From a bacterium (GTDB taxonomy: Bacteria > Chloroflexota > Dormibacteria > Aeolococcales > Bog-877), in assembly GCA_021795235.1 (NCBI GenBank), contig JAJYPP010000014.1:28650-60649 (forward strand): a stretch of 32,000 bases of DNA. Reading direction: 5' to 3'. Position numbers and translations under genes: made by a program. Positions 17,658-27,300 of this stretch are shown here, one piece after another. Numbering within the stretch: the first letter of the stretch is position 1; each line of letters opens with the position of its first letter. Below the pieces are notes generated by a model. The model ran no database searches, had not been told where the DNA came from, and worked only from the letters and a program-made list of their open reading frames with translations.

Positions 17658-20600
17658 CTAGCCATTCCTCTTAGCCACCACCGTAGCCAGGGCGTCCTGC
17701 ACACCGCCAATGAGAGGATGGCCCGGGGGCAGCGCCTGACTGTATATCTCCAGCGCCTCACGGAACAGCCCCTCCGCCTCGTCGAGGCGCCCCTGTCGCG
17801 CGGCCGAAATGGCCAGGTTGCAGAGCGAGGCGGCATTGTCCGGATGGCCAGGGGGCAGCGACTGGCGGCGCATCGCCTGCGCCTCCCGTTGCAGCCCCTC
17901 CGCTTCCTCGTAGCGACCGTGGGCCCTGACCACAACGGCCAGGCTGCTGAGTGAGGTCGCGATGTCCGGATGTCCCGGGGGCAGCGCCTGGCGGCGTATC
18001 TCCAGCGCCTCACGAAGCAGCCCCTCCGCTTCCTCGTAGCGCCCCTGGGCCCTGACCACAATCGCCAGGTTGCTGAGCGAGGCGGCGATGTCCGGATGGG
18101 CCGCCGGCAGCGCATTGCGGACCATCACCAACGCCTCCCGGTACAGCCCCTCCGCTTCCTCGTAGCGCCCCTGGGCAAAGACCGCCTGTGCCAGGTTGTT
18201 GAGCGAGGCGGCGATGGCCGGATGGCTCGGAGGCAGCGCCTGACGGTATGTCTCCAGCGCCTCACGAAGCAGTCCCTCCGCTTCCTCGTAGCGACCCTGG
18301 ACCCTGACCACAATCGCCAGGCTGTTGAGCGAGTTCGCGATGTCCGGATGGCCCGGGGGCAGCGCCTGACGGAGTATCTCCAGCGCCTCCCGGTGCAGCC
18401 CCTCCGCTTCCTCGTAGCGCCCCTGGGCCCTGACCACAACGGCCAAGTTGTTGAGCGAGTTCGCGATGGCCGGATGGCCCTGAGGCAGCGCCAGGCGGCT
18501 TATCTCCAGCGACTCCCGGTGCAGCCCCTCCGCTTCCTCGTAGCGCCCCTGGGCAAAGACCGCCTGTGCCAGGTTGCTGAGCGAGGCGGCGATGTCTGGA
18601 TGGCCCGGGGGCAGCGCCTGGCGAAGTATCTCCAGCGCCTCCCGGTTCAGCCCCTCCGCTTCATCGTGGCGCCCCTGGGCCTGGACCACGCCGGCCAAGT
18701 TGTTGAGCGAGACGGCGATGGCCGGATGCGCCGCCGGCAGCGCCTGGCGGCTTATCTCCAGCGCCTCCCGGTGCAGCCCCTCCGCTTCCTCGTTGCGGCC
18801 CTGGGCAAAGACCGCCTTTGCCAGGTTGTTGAGTGAGTTCGCGATGGCCGGATGGCCCGCCGGCAGGGCCTCGCGGCGAATCTCCAGCGCCTCCCGGTTC
18901 AGCCCCTCCGCTTCCTGGTAGCGCCCCTGGGCCCGGACCACAGTGGCCAGGTTGCTGACCGAGGTGGCGATGTCTGGATGGCCCGGGGGCCGCGCCTTGC
19001 GGAATATCTCCAGCGCCTCCCGGTGCAGCCCCTCCGCTTCCTCGTAGCGCCCCTGGACAAAGACCACACCAGCCAGGTTGTCGAGCGAGGCGCCGTTGAC
19101 CGGATGGCCCGGGGGCAGCGCCTCGCGGCGTATCTCCAGCGCCTCCCGGTGCAGCCCCTTCGCTTCGTCGTAGCGCCCCTGGGCAGAGACCGCCTGTGCC
19201 AGGTTGTTGAGCGAGACGGCGATGGCCGGATGGCCCGGTGGCAGAGCCTGGCGGCCTATCTCCAGCGCCTCCCGGTGCAACCCCTCCGCTTCGCCGTAGC
19301 GCCCCTGGGCCTGGACCACATTGGCCAGGTCGTTGAGCGAGGTGGCGATGGCCGGATGGCCCGCAGGCAGATGGAAGCGGGCCCACACCAGGTTCGCCTC
19401 CGCCCAGGCGCCAGCGAGGGGAAGGAAGCTCATCTGACGCAACAAGCTGCTGACAGCGCTGACGCCTCCGAGCGATCCCCAGTCCACATCGGCTGCGCCC
19501 CACTGGCTCGCTAGCCGCTGGAGGTCCTCTGACACCTCTGCCCGGCCGGCGCCCAGCACCCCCAGCGCCAGCGTCAGGACCCCGGGGTCGCTCGTGGCCA
19601 GCGCCGCGACATGAGCTGGGGCGGCCAGATCAGCCAGAATCCCCTGATGGTCCTCAAGTCGGGCCCGCTGATAGACGCGCTCAGTCAGACTGCGGTCATC
19701 TTCCCCGTCGAAGTAGTCGATGAGGCGGCGTCGCGTGCGTGCTTCCTGGCCTGCCGGGAGGGCGCCGGCGCCAAGGGCAGCGTGCATCAGCGCCTGCATC
19801 CCTGCGTTGCGCAACAGGTACGGCGCCATCCATGTGAGAAGAGGCCGGAGCACGGGGTCCGCCACCCGGGGCCGGTGACTCGCGGGATCGATGGGGTCCG
19901 TCTCGTGGGCCATCAACTCGGCCAGCTCGCGATCCTCAAGCCCCCGGTAGCTGGCCGCCAGAAGGCCAGCCAGCTCTTGGGCCGGATGGCTGTGGTCGGC
20001 GTTGGGAAAGTCAGCGGCAAAGTCCTCGTCCAACTCTCGCAGCAGCGCTTCGAACAGGCGCGCCGGAGTCGGCCGCTGGAGCCGCTCGCGAAGCCTGAGC
20101 GGCAGGTCTTGATGGGTGGCGTGCACCCGCAGGTCCTCCAGCACCAGACGCAGGTACAGCGGGTTCGCGCATGCGGGATTGCCTGTCAGCTCCCCGACCA
20201 GCTCCTTCGGCAGGGCGTGGCGGTAGCTCTTGGTCACCTCCACGATGATCCGCTCCCTTTCCTTCGCCGTGGGTTGGCGGAGCTCCAGCGTCTCGAACAG
20301 CACCAAGCGGCTGCCTCGCTCGTCGGCCAGAGTCGCCACCAGTTGCACCCCCGGGGGCCAGACCAGCGCTCCCAGACGATCGAGGGCACCCGGGGGATCA
20401 ATGAGTTGATCCACCCCGTCGAGCATCAGCACAATCCCCGTGCTCAGCTTGGCCGTGGCCGCGGTGAGCTCGGACGCGAACCACTCCCACGGGTCTGTCG
20501 AGCCCGGGGGTTCTGTCTCCGTCCCCAGGTGCTCGAGCACCCGCACCCGCCAGCTCTCCAGACCGCGCTCCCCATCGGCGCCCACGAAGTGGGTGATGAC

Positions 20601-21488
20601 CGTGGCCCCGAGCTCGTCGCGTGCGCGGCCCGCAACGTGGGCGAGGAGGCTGCTCTTGCCGAGCCCAGAGGCCCCCGTGACCAGGATCGGACCCGGGGCC
20701 TCACCCGCCAGGTGAGCACGCAGCCGGCCAAGCAGCCCGTCCTCAAAGTCCACCAGCGGCAGGTAGCCCTCGAGGCGCACTGCCGCGAAGTGGTCGTGAG
20801 CAGCGTCCCGACGCTGGCGGAGATCCGGCACCTCACTTTGAGGGAACCGCAGATCGATCGCCTTCTCCAGCTCCACCCCCAGCCGATCGCCAAGCTCCGG
20901 CAACGACCGGTACCCGTCCAGGATCACCCGGCCGCTATCGCGCAGCTCCTGCTTCAAGGCTTGGAGCTTGACCGAGGGGCCATCGCGGAACTCGCCCTCA
21001 TCAGCGGCGCGGGCCTGCTGCAACTCCTCGGTCAGCGCCGGGTCGCGCAGGAAGAAGTAAGCGTGCTCGCGCATTTGGGGCGCCTCCAGCACCCCGAAGC
21101 GCATTTCCAGCTCGGTGACGCTCTCCCCCTGGTCAAGCGCCCTAGCGATACGCTCCCCGTAGGCCGAGTCGTGCCGCCTCTCCCAGTAGGCCGCGACGTC
21201 CTCTCGCCTCGGCACCCAGCCATACCGCTCCCCCAGGATGCCCACAAAGAAGGGCGGATGCTCCCGGCAGCGCTCAATCTCCTCCAAGCACACCTCGACG
21301 GTCCGCCCGTTCTTGGCGTCCTCTTCCTCGATCCCCCACCTCAGGTCGATCTCCACGAAGGCCACGCCGCGCTCTCGACAGTGCGCCCTCAGCGCCGGGA
21401 AGACATGGGTCAACAGCCAGCTGCGCTCGTCCTCCATGTCGCGAAACGTCGACGACACAAACACCCGCACCTCGCGCTCCGTACTCAT
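17658..21488 (-). CDS. STAND/NLR-like ATPase, copy 1: DUF4062-like N-domain, P-loop NTPase (NACHT/NB-ARC-like) and 13 x 42-aa TPR
   Basis: Same length (1276 aa) as copy 2, and residues 1-583 are identical to it. The start is placed at MSTEREVRVF (ATG 21488, ATGA overlap with the upstream ORF) rather than the track start 21647. Walker A is GASGLGKS and Walker B is IVLMLDGVD. The TPR units resemble GHPDIAxSLNNLAxVVxAQGRYEEAEGLxREALEIxRQALPP. Confidence 0.85.
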   Translation of the reverse strand: MSTEREVRVFVSSTFRDMEDERSWLLTHVFPALRAHCRERGVAFVEIDLRWGIEEEDAKNGRTVEVCLEEIERCREHPPFFVGILGERYGWVPRREDVAAYWERRHDSAYGERIARALDQGESVTELEMRFGVLEAPQMREHAYFFLRDPALTEELQQARAADEGEFRDGPSVKLQALKQELRDSGRVILDGYRSLPELGDRLGVELEKAIDLRFPQSEVPDLRQRRDAAHDHFAAVRLEGYLPLVDFEDGLLGRLRAHLAGEAPGPILVTGASGLGKSSLLAHVAGRARDELGATVITHFVGADGERGLESWRVRVLEHLGTETEPPGSTDPWEWFASELTAATAKLSTGIVLMLDGVDQLIDPPGALDRLGALVWPPGVQLVATLADERGSRLVLFETLELRQPTAKERERIIVEVTKSYRHALPKELVGELTGNPACANPLYLRLVLEDLRVHATHQDLPLRLRERLQRPTPARLFEALLRELDEDFAADFPNADHSHPAQELAGLLAASYRGLEDRELAELMAHETDPIDPASHRPRVADPVLRPLLTWMAPYLLRNAGMQALMHAALGAGALPAGQEARTRRRLIDYFDGEDDRSLTERVYQRARLEDHQGILADLAAPAHVAALATSDPGVLTLALGVLGAGRAEVSEDLQRLASQWGAADVDWGSLGGVSAVSSLLRQMSFLPLAGAWAEANLVWARFHLPAGHPAIATSLNDLANVVQAQGRYGEAEGLHREALEIGRQALPPGHPAIAVSLNNLAQAVSAQGRYDEAKGLHREALEIRREALPPGHPVNGASLDNLAGVVFVQGRYEEAEGLHREALEIFRKARPPGHPDIATSVSNLATVVRAQGRYQEAEGLNREALEIRREALPAGHPAIANSLNNLAKAVFAQGRNEEAEGLHREALEISRQALPAAHPAIAVSLNNLAGVVQAQGRHDEAEGLNREALEILRQALPPGHPDIAASLSNLAQAVFAQGRYEEAEGLHRESLEISRLALPQGHPAIANSLNNLAVVVRAQGRYEEAEGLHREALEILRQALPPGHPDIANSLNSLAIVVRVQGRYEEAEGLLREALETYRQALPPSHPAIAASLNNLAQAVFAQGRYEEAEGLYREALVMVRNALPAAHPDIAASLSNLAIVVRAQGRYEEAEGLLREALEIRRQALPPGHPDIATSLSSLAVVVRAHGRYEEAEGLQREAQAMRRQSLPPGHPDNAASLCNLAISAARQGRLDEAEGLFREALEIYSQALPPGHPLIGGVQDALATVVAKRNG
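17661..19364. repeat. 126-bp tandem coding repeat array (13 TPR units plus a C-terminal cap) of NLR copy 1
   Basis: A 42-codon periodicity is visible in the protein. All frames on both strands stay open across the array. Confidence 0.9.
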
Positions 21489-21859
21489 GGTTCCTCCACC
21501 ACCCGATAGGTCTTGCTGAAGACGCCGCTTCCGACGACCCCGACATCGCCGGGGGCGTACTGAACCAGCCAGTCCCCCGCCTGTCCGACTAGCACCCCAC
21601 CGGACGGCAATTCGACGCTGATCGGCGCCTGCTCCGCCGAGATGCACACAGCCCAGATCGTTTCAGCGCGCGCGACGTACCGCCCGTCATCTCCCCAGTT
21701 CGTGCCGACAACCGGCCGATATCGCGCCGCGAAGACTGCCCGCTCGACCGGCCAGTGCTCCCCTTCCACCCCGGTCAGGATCGCGTCCCCCGCAACGTAG
21801 GGGAACCAGCCCCTCCCGGGTGGCCACGGTCCCTGCTGCCCTGGCGAAGGTGGCCTCCA
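21485..21859 (-). pseudogene. PGDYG-like small gene, copy 1: 5'-truncated and frameshifted
   Basis: Matches 28153-28526. It has a 4-G run (21800-21803) where copy 2 has 3 G (28468-28470). This splits ...EATFARAAGTVATREGLVP and YVAGDAILTGVEGEHWPVER... into different frames. Homology, and hence the N-terminus and promoter, ends at 21859. Confidence 0.65.
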
Positions 21860-21879
21860 GAGAACTGGACATGAGGGGG

Positions 21880-22418
21880 TCAAGCGGCGCGTTCCGAATG
21901 GTGCACCGCCACCTGATAGGTGACGGGGAGATCGGTCCCCGGGTAGGCGGGGTGGAGCTGGATGAGGTCAGCGCAGGGGCCGCGTAGAGCTCCGCGGTGC
22001 AGGGGGAGTCGGGCGGATCGAGGCTTAGGGTCATCCCCTCAGCAGTGGTGCGGATCTCGCCCGACAGCTCGGCGAAGGACCGCGGCATCTGGCGGACGTC
22101 GTCAGCACTCTGGTAGTGCGGCGCCAGCCGCTCCAGCAGCCACTCCGCGGCGATGTAGGCGGTGAGCTTGACCCGGTCCAGGATCGCCTTCTGCTGCAGC
22201 TTCGTCACGTCGTGATGGCCCACGGTCTCGAGGGGAACGTGACTGGGCAGGCGATGGCACTGCTCAAGTAGCCGGGCCAACTCCGTCTCCAGTTCCCGGA
22301 TCTTCTTCACCCCACTCCCGTGGGCGGACTTGAGGCCGCGAGCGCTGTGGGAGGAGTCCCGGCGCTCATCCAAGCGCGCCTGTCCCAGCTCCGCCCATCG
22401 GCTCACTTCGCTATCCAA
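21880..22418 (-). pseudogene. C-terminal remnant of a transposase-like gene (frameshifted)
   Basis: ...KLTAYIAAEWLLERLAPHYQSADDVRQMPRSFAELSGEIRTTAEGMTLSLDPPDSP continues in another frame as RGALRGPCADLIQLHPAYPGTDLPVTYQVAVHHSERAA-stop (TGA at 21882-21880). This resembles, from memory only, the C-terminus of a protein family usually annotated as transposase in high-GC Gram-positives. No N-terminal or DDE part is present. Confidence 0.45.
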
Positions 22419-22457
22419 TGGTCCGGCCTCGGCACCACCCGTACCTTGCTCGTTCCC

Positions 22458-24263
22458 TCACCTCAAGATCTGGCCGGGAGCATCGGGCACATGACAGACG
22501 TACCCAGCCCTACTCAACTGGTGCGGCCACGCCCTCACAATGTCCCGATTCTTTTCCTTTCCAAGCTCACTCAGAGCGCTCCATTCCACCAAGTCCGGAT
22601 GAAGACGTGCGGCTTCATCGCGGACCTCTCCAAAGCGCCACCCTTGGCGCTTCTTCTGCACAGTCCACCGCTCATGTTCCACCCGCGCCAGTTGCTCAAC
22701 GAACTCCGGCCACATGTCAGCGCCAATACTACTGTCCCCTGGTCGCACCCGAGCCACGCGATAACCAGCGCCCGCAAGCGAGCTGAATATCGAGTAGGCT
22801 TGCTCGCGGTTCGTCTCCTTCAGCCCTAGGTCCAACTCCTCCCACGGTTTGTGACTGGGCTTCTCGGGATCCAGCCTCCCCAACCTCCGTGCCTCATCAT
22901 CCAGAAAGTCCCCGTGAACCTGAATAGCAAGGCGCTCGAACAACGTTCCGCCCATCACATGTGCATACTCACATGCTCGTGCCTCAGCATCGACAAGAAC
23001 TACGCCGAACGTCTGGAGGGCCTGCCCCTGATCGGCGCTCCCGGATGTGCACACCACCTTGAGCCCCTTGAATTCGCGTTGCTCCGCAAGTGCCAGCGCC
23101 ATCGAAAGACCGGCGTCTCCCGTCATGTCGCACGCGACAATGCCGTCCGGCGCATCGGCATCCGAGCCAACCGCCCACTTGACGCGCGCATCGACTTCGG
23201 TGTCCGGGACGTCCGCCGCGCATGGCATGACCGTCACCAGCTCCGGATCGAGGTCGCGCTTCACCTTCTCAGCGAAGTCCGCGGCACCCATGCCGCCTAC
23301 GCGCAGGTCCAGGTGGGATGGTCCGCCAACGCTTGAGGTGGTCGTCGCCATCCATCGTCCCAGATCGCGCACGACTTGAGTCGCAAGCGGACCGGTTCCA
23401 ATGAGAGCGACTTTATATCTTGTAATCTTTGCGAGCCCCTCCGTGACTGTTTGCACTACCTGTTGTGCAGCAACTTCACCTGGTGAAAAGGCGTCCACGT
23501 GCACGGCGGCCGAGTCCTTCTGTCGACTCCGTGCATACACGGCCCGCAGGCGGTCGCAAGCCTCAGGGTCGGGCATCCTCGCGATGACGACCCGCGGAGT
23601 CCGACGTACGCCCCCGGTCTGGGGAACGGCTGCATGAAGCGCCGAAACGATAGCCAAGTTGGTCGCGGCAGTGCCAGTCAGGCAGAACAGCTTCGCGGCC
23701 TGCCCGATCCCCGCCTGCTTCAGCACCAATGGATCTCGGGCGTCCGACAAGATGACCGGAATGCCAAGTGTGCGAGCTGCCGTCACTCCCGCTGCGAAAG
23801 GATTCATCTCGACAGCCACAACAGCGGTATGGGGCGGCGCGGTCTGAACAAGCCGGATACCAACACTCCCCAGCCCACAGACCACAATGTGCCCCCGGTA
23901 CGTCGCGATGCGGGCGCGGTCATACGTTCGTCGGAAGGCAATAGTGAGCAGTCCAATTACGGTTGTGCCCGTGACGACCACCGCCACCAGTCGGGCCAAC
24001 TGAAGTTCCCACGACAATGCTCCAGGCGGCTTCTGGTAGTCGAAGACAAACAGGGATACCGCGTCATACACAGCCGAGGGGACACTCACTCCTTGTGCCC
24101 AGTACCCAAATGAACCCAGGGTGAAAGCAGACCCGGCCGATAAAAGGAGTGCGAACGGCCACCACGGCTGTGCGGCAGTTGACGCGCGGCGTCTGAGGTA
24201 CCTCACGTGGGGCAGAACTCTCGTGCGGAGTTTGGACAGCAGTTCACCCGCCGACCTAGTCAT
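22458..24263 (-). CDS. 2TM membrane protein with a TrkA_N/RCK NAD-binding domain, a second Rossmann-like domain and C-terminal RyR repeats
   Basis: 601 aa. TM1 is WWPFALLLSAGSAFTLGSFGYW. A pore-helix-like segment SAVYDAVSLFVFDY has no TVGYG filter. TM2 is LARLVAVVVTGTTVIGLLTIAF. Glycine loop is HIVVCGLGSVGIRLV, with a second one at KVALIGTGPLATQVV. RyR-type repeats are ...KPWEELDLGLKETNREQAYSIFSSLAGAGY and EHERWTVQKKRQGWRFGEVRDEAARLHPDLVEWSALSELGKEKNRDIV. Confidence 0.8.
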   Translation of the reverse strand: MTRSAGELLSKLRTRVLPHVRYLRRRASTAAQPWWPFALLLSAGSAFTLGSFGYWAQGVSVPSAVYDAVSLFVFDYQKPPGALSWELQLARLVAVVVTGTTVIGLLTIAFRRTYDRARIATYRGHIVVCGLGSVGIRLVQTAPPHTAVVAVEMNPFAAGVTAARTLGIPVILSDARDPLVLKQAGIGQAAKLFCLTGTAATNLAIVSALHAAVPQTGGVRRTPRVVIARMPDPEACDRLRAVYARSRQKDSAAVHVDAFSPGEVAAQQVVQTVTEGLAKITRYKVALIGTGPLATQVVRDLGRWMATTTSSVGGPSHLDLRVGGMGAADFAEKVKRDLDPELVTVMPCAADVPDTEVDARVKWAVGSDADAPDGIVACDMTGDAGLSMALALAEQREFKGLKVVCTSGSADQGQALQTFGVVLVDAEARACEYAHVMGGTLFERLAIQVHGDFLDDEARRLGRLDPEKPSHKPWEELDLGLKETNREQAYSIFSSLAGAGYRVARVRPGDSSIGADMWPEFVEQLARVEHERWTVQKKRQGWRFGEVRDEAARLHPDLVEWSALSELGKEKNRDIVRAWPHQLSRAGYVCHVPDAPGQILR

Positions 24264-24325
24264 CCCTGTGCCCCCCTCTGCCAGGTGGCACCAGCACAGT
24301 GTCTCGACCAGTGTGTCCCAGTTCG

Positions 24326-27300
24326 CTAGCCATTCCTCTTAGCCACCACCATAGCCAGGTAGTCCTGCGCGCTGGCGATGAGAGGATGGCCCGGGGGCAG
24401 CGCCTGACGGTATATCGCCAACGCTTCCCGGTACAGCCCCTCCGCTTCGTCGTAGCGCCCCTGATCCGAGACCACACTGGCCAGGTTGCTGACCGACATC
24501 GCGATGAGAGGATGGCCCGGGGGCAGCGCCTGGCGGCGCATGTCCAGCGCCTCCCGGTATAGCCCCTCCGCTTCGTCGTATCGCCCCTGAGCCGAGACCA
24601 CAATCGCCAGGTTGCTGACCGACGTGGCAATGTCCGGATGGCCCGGGGGCAGCGCCTGGCGGCTTATCTCCAGCGCCTCCCGAAGCAGCCCCTCCGCTTC
24701 GTCGTAGCGCCCTTGGGCAAGCACCGAATCTGCCAGGTTGTTGAGCGAGGCGGCGATGGCCCGATGGCCCGGGGGCAGCGCCTCGCGGCGCATCTCCAGC
24801 GCCTCCCGGTGTAGCCCCTCCGCCTCGTCGTTGCGCCCCTGGGCAAAGACCGCCTCTGCCAGGTTGTTGAGCGAGTTCGCGATGTCCGGATGGCCCGGGG
24901 GCAGCGCCTGGCGGCGCATGTCCAGCGCCTCCCGGTACAGCCCCTCCACTTCGCCGTAGCGCCCCTGGGCCTGGACCACATTGGCCAGGTTGCTGACCGA
25001 GGTGGCGATGTCCGGATGGCCCGGGGGCAGCGCCTGGCGGCGCATCTCCAGCGCATCCATGAGCAGCCCCTCCGCTTCCTCGTAGCGACCCTGGGCAAAG
25101 ACCGCCTGTGCCAGGTTGTTGAGCGAGACGGCAATGTCCGGATGGCCCGCCGGCAGCGCCTGGCGGCGTACAGCCAGCGCCTCCCGTTGCAGCCCCTCCG
25201 CTTCCTCGTAGCGACCCTGATCCGAGAACACACCGCCCAGGTTGCTGAGCGAGACGGCAATGTCCGGATGGCCCGCCGGCAGAGCCTGGCGATATATCTC
25301 CAGCGCCTCCTTGTACAGCCCCTCCGCTTCGTCGTAGCGCCCCTGATGCGAGAACACACCGCCCAGGTTGCTGACCGACTTCGCAATGTCCGGATGGCCC
25401 GGGGGCAGCGCCTTGCGGAATATCTCCAGCGCCTCCCGTTGCAGCCCCTCCGCTTCCTCGTAGCGACCCTGGGCAAAGACCGCCTGTGCCAGGTTGTTGA
25501 GCGAGTTCGCGATGTCCGGATGTCCCGGGGGCAGCGCCTGACGGCGCATCTCCAGCGCATCCATGAGCAGCCCCTCCGCTTCGCCGTAGCGCCCCTGGGC
25601 GAAGACCACAGTGGCCAGGTTGCTGACCGAGGCGGCAATGTCCGGATGGCCCAGGTGCAGAGCCTGGCGATATATCTCCAGCGCCTCCCGGCGCAGCCCC
25701 TCCGCTTCGCCGTAGCGACCCTGATCCGAGACCACACCGGCCAGGTTGCTGACCGAGGCGGCGATGGCCGGATGGCCCGCCGGCAGCGCCTGGCGGAGCA
25801 TCTCCAGCGCCTCCTTGTACAGCCTCTCCGCCTCCTCGTAGCGACCCTGGGCCCTGACCACATTGGCCAGGTTGCTGAGCGAGGTGGCGATGTCCGGATG
25901 GCCCGCCGGCAGCGCCTGGCGGCGTACAGCCAGCGCCTCCCGTTGCAGCCCCTCCGCTTCCTCGTAGCGACCCTGGGCAAAGACCGCCTGTGCCAGGTTG
26001 TTGAGCGAGTTCGCGATGTCCGGATGTCCCGGGGGCAGGTGGAAGCGGGCCCATGCCAGGTTCGCCTCCGCCCAGGCACCGGCGAGGGGAAGGAAGCTCA
26101 TCCCATACAACAAGCTGCTGACAGCGCTGACGCCGCCGAGCGATCCCCAGTCCACATCGGCTTCGCCCCAGTGGCTTGCAAGCTGCTGGAGGTCCTCTGA
26201 CACCTCTGCCCGGCCGGCGCCCAGCACCCCCAGCGCCTGCGTCAGGACCCCGGGGTCGCTCGTGGCCAGCGCGGCGACATGAGCTGGGGCGGCCAGATCA
26301 GCCACAATCCCCTGGTGGTCCTCAAGTCGGGCCCGCTGATAGAGGCGCTCAGTCAGGCCACGGTCATCTTCCCCGTCGAAGTAGTCGATGAGGTGGCGTC
26401 GCGTGGGTGCTTCCTGGCCTGCCGGGAGGGCGCCGGCGCCAAGGGCAGCGTGCATCAGCGCCTGCATCCCTGCGTTGCGCAACAGGTACGGCGCCATCCA
26501 TGTGAGAAGAGGCCGGAGCACGGGGTCCGCCACCCGGGGCCGGTGACTCGCGGGATCGATGGGGTCCGTCTCGTGGGCCATCAACTCGGCCAGCTCGCGA
26601 TCCTCAAGCCCCCGGTAGCTGGCCGCCAGAAGGCCAGCCAGCTCTTGGGCCGGATGGCTGTGGTCGGCGTTGGGAAAGTCAGCGGCAAAGTCCTCGTCCA
26701 ACTCTCGCAGCAGCGCTTCGAACAGGCGCGCCGGAGTCGGCCGCTGGAGCCGCTCGCGAAGCCTGAGCGGCAGGTCTTGATGGGTGGCGTGCACCCGCAG
26801 GTCCTCCAGCACCAGACGCAGGTACAGCGGGTTCGCGCATGCGGGATTGCCTGTCAGCTCCCCGACCAGCTCCTTCGGCAGGGCGTGGCGGTAGCTCTTG
26901 GTCACCTCCACGATGATCCGCTCCCTTTCCTTCGCCGTGGGTTGGCGGAGCTCCAGCGTCTCGAACAGCACCAAGCGGCTGCCTCGCTCGTCGGCCAGAG
27001 TCGCCACCAGTTGCACCCCCGGGGGCCAGACCAGCGCTCCCAGACGATCGAGGGCACCCGGGGGATCAATGAGTTGATCCACCCCGTCGAGCATCAGCAC
27101 AATCCCCGTGCTCAGCTTGGCCGTGGCCGCGGTGAGCTCGGACGCGAACCACTCCCACGGGTCTGTCGAGCCCGGGGGTTCTGTCTCCGTCCCCAGGTGC
27201 TCGAGCACCCGCACCCGCCAGCTCTCCAGACCGCGCTCCCCATCGGCGCCCACGAAGTGGGTGATGACCGTGGCCCCGAGCTCGTCGCGTGCGCGGCCCG

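Larger units (their letters stand above)
17546..21859. repeat. large direct repeat R1 (4.3 kb), paralogous to 24214-28526
   Basis: Both boundaries were mapped by eye. The offset is exactly 6668 bp, falling to 6667 bp above a 1-nt indel at 21800-21803. Confidence 0.9.

Noticed and set aside
17661-19364. Regular 126-bp repeats considered as a possible CRISPR or other non-coding array
   Set aside because: There is no repeat/spacer alternation. The units are contiguous, in-frame and encode TPR helices. No cas genes are present.
17970-19514. Multiple long ORFs in other frames across the TPR arrays (17970-18836 +, 18661-19503 -, 18852-19514 +, and 24339-26054 -, 24664-26079 -, 24890-26200 + in copy 2)
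   Set aside because: A stop-free 126-bp unit repeated 13 times keeps every frame open. Only the frame continuous with the NTPase domain gives canonical TPR helices.
19611-21509. 632-aa plus-strand ORF (and its twin at 26279-28177)
   Set aside because: It is antisense to the NLR N-domain/NTPase region, which carries Walker A/B motifs in the minus frame. It was useful only as an independent check that the two DNA copies are identical.
21489-21647. 53-aa N-terminal extension of NLR copy 1 suggested by the ORF track (start at 21647)
   Set aside because: Copy 2 starts at MSTEREV. The extension overlaps the PGDYG-like reading frame, and the ATGA stop/start overlap at 21485-21488 is the conserved junction.
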